DNA from: Perkinsela sp. CCAP 1560/9
Taxonomy: Eukaryota; Protista; Euglenozoa: Kinetoplastea
NCBI GenBank assembly: GCA_965644495.1
Contig: CBFFSA010000013.1
Coordinates: 310,001-374,000, forward strand
DNA: 64,000 bases
Reading direction: 5' to 3'
Within the stretch, counting starts at the first letter, position 1; each line of letters starts with the position of its first letter. Below the pieces are notes generated by a model. It searched no databases. It was not told where the DNA came from and saw nothing but the letters and a program-made list of their open reading frames with translations. Position numbers and translations under genes: made by a program. Of this stretch, positions 58,216 to 64,000 are shown piece after piece.

Positions 58216-59341
58216 TTTTATAGTACTATAATTTTTATCGAACATTCAAGGAGGTACGTGAAAGCCAAAACGTATGGTGGTGAAAGTGTACTGAGTGTAG
58301 TGACCCAAATGTAGTGAATGTGGTGACTCACTACATATGTAGTGAGGTCACTACAGGTCACCTCCAGGGTATGATAGTAGCTTACAGAATAAATACTTGG
58401 TTTTTTTATTTCTTTCAAGGCGCTTAGGGTATGAGTGGAAGTGTAATAATGCATGTGTAATGAGTTGCGAATTTTTTTTCGAACTACTGGATTCAACTTA
58501 TTTGTTTCTCTGATTTTCTTAAATTATCACAATTTTTTCGAACACATTATGTCCCAAATAGGGAGCAACGAAGCGCTCATGGAAAGAATCGCGAGTTCCT
58601 CGGCGAGTGAAACAGAAGGAGCTATCTACAAGGCTGTGCTGGTTTCAACAAAGAGAACTTTTACGAAAGGAGTGTCTGTGTTCACACCTACGCTTACAAT
58701 CACTGAGGAGGAGCTCAGTGCTAAAATCGAAGAAATCTTAGATCTCGAATTGAGCGATGTTTTGCTCATTTTGACAGGTTTCGTTTTTTTCATGGTACCG
58801 AAAGTTAAAAGCTGAAAGTTGCGAGGCTTTCTATCCCATTGGGGATGTTGCCTCCCCGGAGTAAGCCGAGGTAGCTTTGGGGGAGGCTATCACTCAAAGG
58901 TGGATTTTCATCCAACTTGTCCGCTGAACTATCTTAACCCTTTCAGGTTGAGACATACATGCAAATCCGAAGACTACATGCGTATTTTCCGCAGGACCGA
59001 GAGTGGCCTCCCCCCTGCTTGCTGCTTTTGTTCGGGGGTGTCGATTATCAGCTTCAACGGTTTAGACTCCTCAGCTTCAATGGACCAAGTCTTCAAGGGT
59101 GTTATACCCTTGAGGGTGCTATACCCCCCGAGCGGACTTGCCTCTTCAGCTTCAATGGGCTAAAACCTCAGCTTCAACGATCTCGTACCTCTCCGAATTA
59201 TTACCCTAGCCCCGCTATCACGGACTAGAACCGAACGAAACCGTGCTGAAACAGCATCCACAGCCCTTTATGTACTGTACCCCCTCCCCCCTACTTAATC
59301 ACCGCTTTTTGGGAAAAAGTTTTTTTGTTTGTTTGTTTATT

Positions 59342-59590
59342 ATTGCGGTGGTTGTATAACTACCGCTATACCCTCGATTATTGAAAAAAAAAGTGAACAA
59401 AAACAGTGAAAATATAGAGAACACAGTAATGTAATAGAAGAAAAAATAAAAGGGGGCTCCGGTGGTCCAAAACTGAGAAAAAAATGATAAAAATGGGGGG
59501 TCTAGGGGGGTCCAGGGGGGGTCCAGTGGGGGGTCCAGTGGGGGGTCATGGTCGAGCAAAGTTTTTATAAAAACATATTTTTCGGATCAA
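59342..59590. mobile_element. Hairpin-ended G-tract repeat family, copy G
   Basis: Same terminal motif and GGGGGGTCCA repeats. Confidence 0.8.
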
Positions 59591-60324
59591 ATCACAGGAA
59601 ATAGATAAAGATGAGTTTTATGAAAGTTTACAGGAAGCGATAAAACAAAAACCGAGCGGCGAGGTTCCGCATACTGTACTCCCCCCGTTTATAATAGCCT
59701 CGGTTCTGCCCAAATGAACCTATAAAGGGAGGATTAAACGTTGGCACAGAAAGTGTTACAGAGCGAGAATGAGAGCATTGAGTTTAGTGTTACATTGAGT
59801 TTAGAGAAAATGTTACAGAGCCAGAATGAGAGCATTGAGTTTAGTGACCGGGAAGGAGGACGCATTCCCACGGGCAAAAGTATCTCATCCTTCGCCACCG
59901 ACATTACCCCTTCCCTTGCCCCTCCAGGTAACGACGCCGTGTCCAGTCGAATCAGTGTCAAACGAATCAGGAATTACGTCAAACGAATCAGTGTCATTAC
60001 CGGCGAACGCGGGTACATGCGCAGCCGAAGTCCCGCTAGGAGAATCGAAAGAAGCAGGAAAGTGGTGTATTCGCATTAAAAGAACGTGCGCTGTCGCAGC
60101 TGATGCTATAAGAACGGCATCAAGCGCCATGTCCGGTGCAGCATTCAATTCTGTAGACGTGCAAATCCCAGAAACAGGCGGGGTCCGGTCGATCTCTCGG
60201 GTCTCCGTCATTTGACAATGGAATAGCCGCTGCATCTGGAGAAACGGAGGATCACACAGCACACGAGTTTCAGGATTGTTACTCGCCACAAGATCGACGA
60301 GACCAAAGGGCGGATGGAACAGAA

Positions 60325-60860
60325 GTGAACACAACTGAAAGCATACGGTTCATAGGAGAGAATAGCGGAGATGGAGATTGGACTGATGAGCTAATAAATT
60401 CTGTCGATGTCAAACATCATTTCCCCATACCGGCAGATGAAATATGGAAACAGTCCAAACAGATCAAAGCGGGAGCCAAGGGCACGATTGCGTGGGTTTT
60501 CGACCGGAAGAGCGAGGTGAACGTATCAATCGGACACGTACGCATAGCAAACGAGGAGGATTAGGAAAGTTATCGATAACTTACCAAGGTGTTTATGGAT
60601 ACCGCGTCGCGGAGGAATTTAAAGGAACACTCCCGCCGCAGGAAAGCGTCAGGGTGTATCGTTTATTGTGGCATCAGGCACCGCCGGCGATCGATGACAT
60701 CGTGCTACGAGACTCCTTCTTGGAAAATCATCAGTTGCCAGAGAGGAAAGGAACTGGAAACGAAGGGATCGACTACCTCCCGATTCCGACAATGCGAACG
60801 ATCAGTCCTGAATTTATTCCGTGCGTCGTGGCGACACTTCGTGACCAGAAGAACTTCGAC
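60325..60860 (+). pseudogene. N-terminal fragment of a second, divergent CRE-like element
   Basis: GTIAWVF...VSIGHV, LPPQESVRVYRL and LPIPTMRTISPEFIPCVVATLR align by eye with CEILWNF...HSVGEV, LPQSDKVRVFQI and EPLPPLAQIEPSFAVHVVSIFR of ORF 62422-63486. Confidence 0.6.
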
Positions 60861-60861
60861 C

Positions 60862-63486
60862 AGAACGTATCCGACGCGCTCTACACGCATGTCGTTCAGC
60901 TGCATCTGCAGAAATACTTGCCTTGCACTTTGTGCAATAGAATGAAGCATGTACTCGAGGTTCGACCACGTGAGGGAGCCCAGCCTTGGTGCATAAATCT
61001 GAAAGCAAACGGATCAGGTGTGTGTGTTTCTTCGTGGTGTTCATACATGAACATTGTGCGCAGCCCGCAACATGATGAAGAAGGCCGTTTCCTTCTTGCT
61101 GTGACCCGCATCCCGGACAATGGCAAATCCCTGAGGCTTTCGGGAGTGATATCCCCAATCGCATCATTATGGAATATCGGAAAAGATAGGGACTGATGTA
61201 ATCATTAGTGGAGACCAAGTGTGAATTCGAGTCCTTTGTTCTGCTAATAACTTCACTTAATCGCTTGTTTGCTTTGATTTCTGACAGCACTTTTGTTTGC
61301 TCTTCGCGAATTGCTTTAGAGGCCTTACTCTTTATTTTCATCGGATTCAAAGTAACGCCACTAACTTTCTCAACAGCTTGTTGACCTACCGGAGCTTTAG
61401 TGGATATTTTATGCTCATCAATAGATCGTCTGGCTGCTTCAAAAAAGTACCGTTGCTTTAAGGTGGACTGAGTGAGACCAAGACCTCCCATTTTTTGCGG
61501 TAGAGTTGCGAGGCGGAGTGAGTCACCTGTGGCGAGAAACCAGTGAGATAATTCTTGATATTTCAACATCGAAGCATTCCGCAATTTTCAGTGTAGCTGC
61601 TGGTTTGTGGACGCGCAAAAAGTAATCCTGTCGTGGAATCGTGCATCGTTGCAACATTGCTAACGAAAGATTGCTTGGGCCCATGATTTGCAAACGTCGA
61701 AAAAGGCATACATGCTTTACTGACTGTCGTACGAGCTTTTCACTAACGTCCTCATTCTCCCCTATGTAGGCGCCTAGGATCTTGACAGATTTCTCCGGTG
61801 ACGATAGACCAGCTTTCTGCAATGCCAATGGACAGTTTTTTGCTCCTTTCTGAAACCACTCTGTTTTATTGCAGTTGACATCAAGTGATAAGTCTTTAGA
61901 AAGTTCTTGAAGATGGAGGAAAGCGGCTTCTAGGGATAAAGTGTTTCGAGATGAAAGCGTGATGTCGTCCATATATGCTCGTATCGTGACTTCAGGAAAA
62001 AGATCGGCTACTTCAGCTAGGATGGGATGTATTAAGCTACAAAAGTAGAGAGATGAGAGCGCTGAACCTTGTCGTACCCCAGATGTGCTTTTGATTGTTG
62101 AATAGAGTGTGTTGTCAGCAAAGAAAAGAAGATCAGATGGCTCGGAGTACTCTAGGAAAAAGAGGCGCATAAATGGTCTGAAAACATCATGCTTTTGAAG
62201 AGTTTATGCAATGGCGATTCTGTTTGGTGTGTTGAATGCGTTGGTGTAATCGACTGTGACGATCTTGTGGTCTGCCTCGTATTCTTCTATCAGTTCATGC
62301 ACAATTTGCTCACACGCATTCTTTTGTAGTATGCCTCGTTGGAAGGGTTGAAAGTGCTTTTTAAGCGCGTCTTCATGTCGTTGCAAAAGAATGATGCCAC
62401 ACACTTTAAGGATGGTCTCTCCTATAGCGACCGCAGCAGTTTATTTATTTGTTTGGGCAAAGCTACTAATCTGCATCTTGTGAGTCGATCACGCACCGAG
62501 TTTGGAATGTCGCCATTGATCACCTCGCGAAACATGTGGCATAAGCAAATGCTGGATTCTTCATCGTCGGCGAGAAGTCGCAACACCGATTCGCTGAAAC
62601 CTGTAGGTCCGGGGGAAGCACCCTTTGCCAATTTGCTGGCTGCTAAGAGGAGTTCGTCTCGTTCAACAATTCCAATGCGCGGAAAGTCAACACTTATCGG
62701 CATTTGAGGCGTTTTCCCGGAAGGATGGAGACTTATTAGAAGAGAAACTTTTTCTTCGATAGTCAGGGGTGATTGTTTGTAGACGTTATCGAGAATACGC
62801 GTTGCTTTGCCTAGGTCTCCTGCTTTGGCCGTTCGTAAAGCATTGCGGATCGCTCGGCGGTCAGTTTCTAACTCTTCTTGTTCTTCTTGGCTGAGCTTGT
62901 CGACGTTGTATTCATATTTACTTTTACTTTTCGGCGCGTGAGTCGTGGCTCGTGTTCGCATTAGCATTTTCCCCACAGTGGTCAAAGCATCTCTCGGAGC
63001 ATTTAGGAACCTGTGCCATAGGGTTTCTTTTTCGGACAGAAGTTGTAAACGAGGATATTCGCGAATTGTCTCTCTGAAAATTGAAACCACATGTACAGCA
63101 AAGGACGGTTCTATTTGAGCTAGCGGTGGAAGTGGTTCCATGTCTCTGTGCGTGTCGGATTCCTTCGTCGTCTCTGACATGCTCTCCGGAAAATTTAGCG
63201 TGTTTACTCCTTTGCTTGGTATTCGATTTATCTTCGTAGCACAGATTTGAAAGACTCGCACTTTGTCAGACTGTGGAAGAAAGAGGTTTCCTTGGGGTCC
63301 GGTTTGTCCTTCAGCAGGGGAGTACGCAATCTTTATACGAACCTGACCTTTCCTTGAGACGCGGGACACTACTTCGCCGACAGAATGAAAAATTTCTTCT
63401 CCGTAGCGGAAGTTCCAAAGGATCTCGCATTGAGTACCGCGGCCCCATTCTGATACAATGTCTTGAACTTGGTCTGGCGCTTTCAA
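60862..63486 (-). pseudogene. CRE/SLACS-clade non-LTR retrotransposon, disrupted and 3'-truncated
   Basis: SPGPTG, RLVALPK, VAIGE, DYTNAFN, GVRQGSALS, YMDD, ILGAYIG, MGGLGL and a CCHC-type finger; two frameshifts and one in-frame stop; ends before the RLE PD..D motif. Confidence 0.9.
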
Positions 63487-64000
63487 AATTCGTGTGCGTG
63501 CCAGCTCACTCTAATAGTCCACGTTTTGAAATTTAGCCGAGGGGCTGTTATGTATTTGCCTGCTGGCCCTTCGGGGCACATAGTTTCTTCGAATTATGTT
63601 TTGTATTCAGAATTTTACATGGGATGGGTATTTACTATTATCTTATATATCCTTGTTAGGTTGTTATTTTACTTCGCTTTAAGTTTTTGTGCCCACCCAC
63701 CAAGCCCCCAGCCATTTGGCCGAGGGTTCCGGTGGGGGGGAATCCCGTTAACAACGTGACACATGATTATTGGTTTTATGCAGGCTTTCTTTTGAACTAT
63801 GTTTGTGCATGTGAATTCTATCTATATATCGTATTATGTGTTCTTTGATTTTGGGACGATTTGGAAGTGTGATTATATTAGTCATAGGTATTTACTTATA
63901 TTTGTTTGTTACTTATAAGTTTCATAGAGCCCCCTCGGCGTGGATTTCATACACAGATCGTCGGATGACATTGTTTCAGATGAGGTACTTAGGCCATCGG

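Larger units (their letters stand above)
53504..58373. mobile_element. Unclassified TIR element with CAT termini and 6-bp TSD; host of nested stack
   Basis: 36-bp TIR CATACCCTG(C/G)AGGTGACCTGTAGTGACCTCACTACA with one mismatch; TSD ATAGTA at 53498-53503 and 58374-58379; subterminal (GGTCACTACA)n. Confidence 0.8.

Noticed and set aside
60444-61196. 250-aa + strand protein
   Set aside because: Chimeric: the part before about 60860 is a CRE-like fragment and the rest is antisense to the other element.

Overview
Eukaryotic DNA with kinetoplastid-type organisation. All recognisable host genes (about 6.3-52.9 kb) are intronless and on the minus strand, as in one polycistronic unit: two MATE transporters, RFC small subunit, DGAT2, a large DEDDh exonuclease, UBC13, an alpha/beta-hydrolase-fold protein, CCT-beta, iPGAM, two LRR proteins, a rhomboid-like (TimRhom-like) protein, an oxidoreductase-like protein and hypotheticals. 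The LRR type and Merlin element suggest a Perkinsela-like or bodonid organism (inference). The window opens with about 13 near-identical copies of a 280-bp repeat, followed by a Merlin/IS1595 transposon with an exact 8-bp TSD. Intergenic space holds a diverse mobilome that can be delimited by TIRs and TSDs: Tc1/mariner-, hAT-, MULE-, Harbinger- and Sola-like elements, an unclassified 6-bp-TSD element, CRE-clade retroelements, a possible TATE relic, a hairpin-ended G-tract family and a tRNA-headed SINE candidate. Highlights are repeated C-rich to G-rich skew-switch islands that run through coding sequence, a five-level nested transposon stack at 53.5-58.4 kb whose removal restores a PHD-like ORF, the SINE candidate, and partial spliced-leader-like features in the 280-bp array. 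All calls were made by eye, without database searches.
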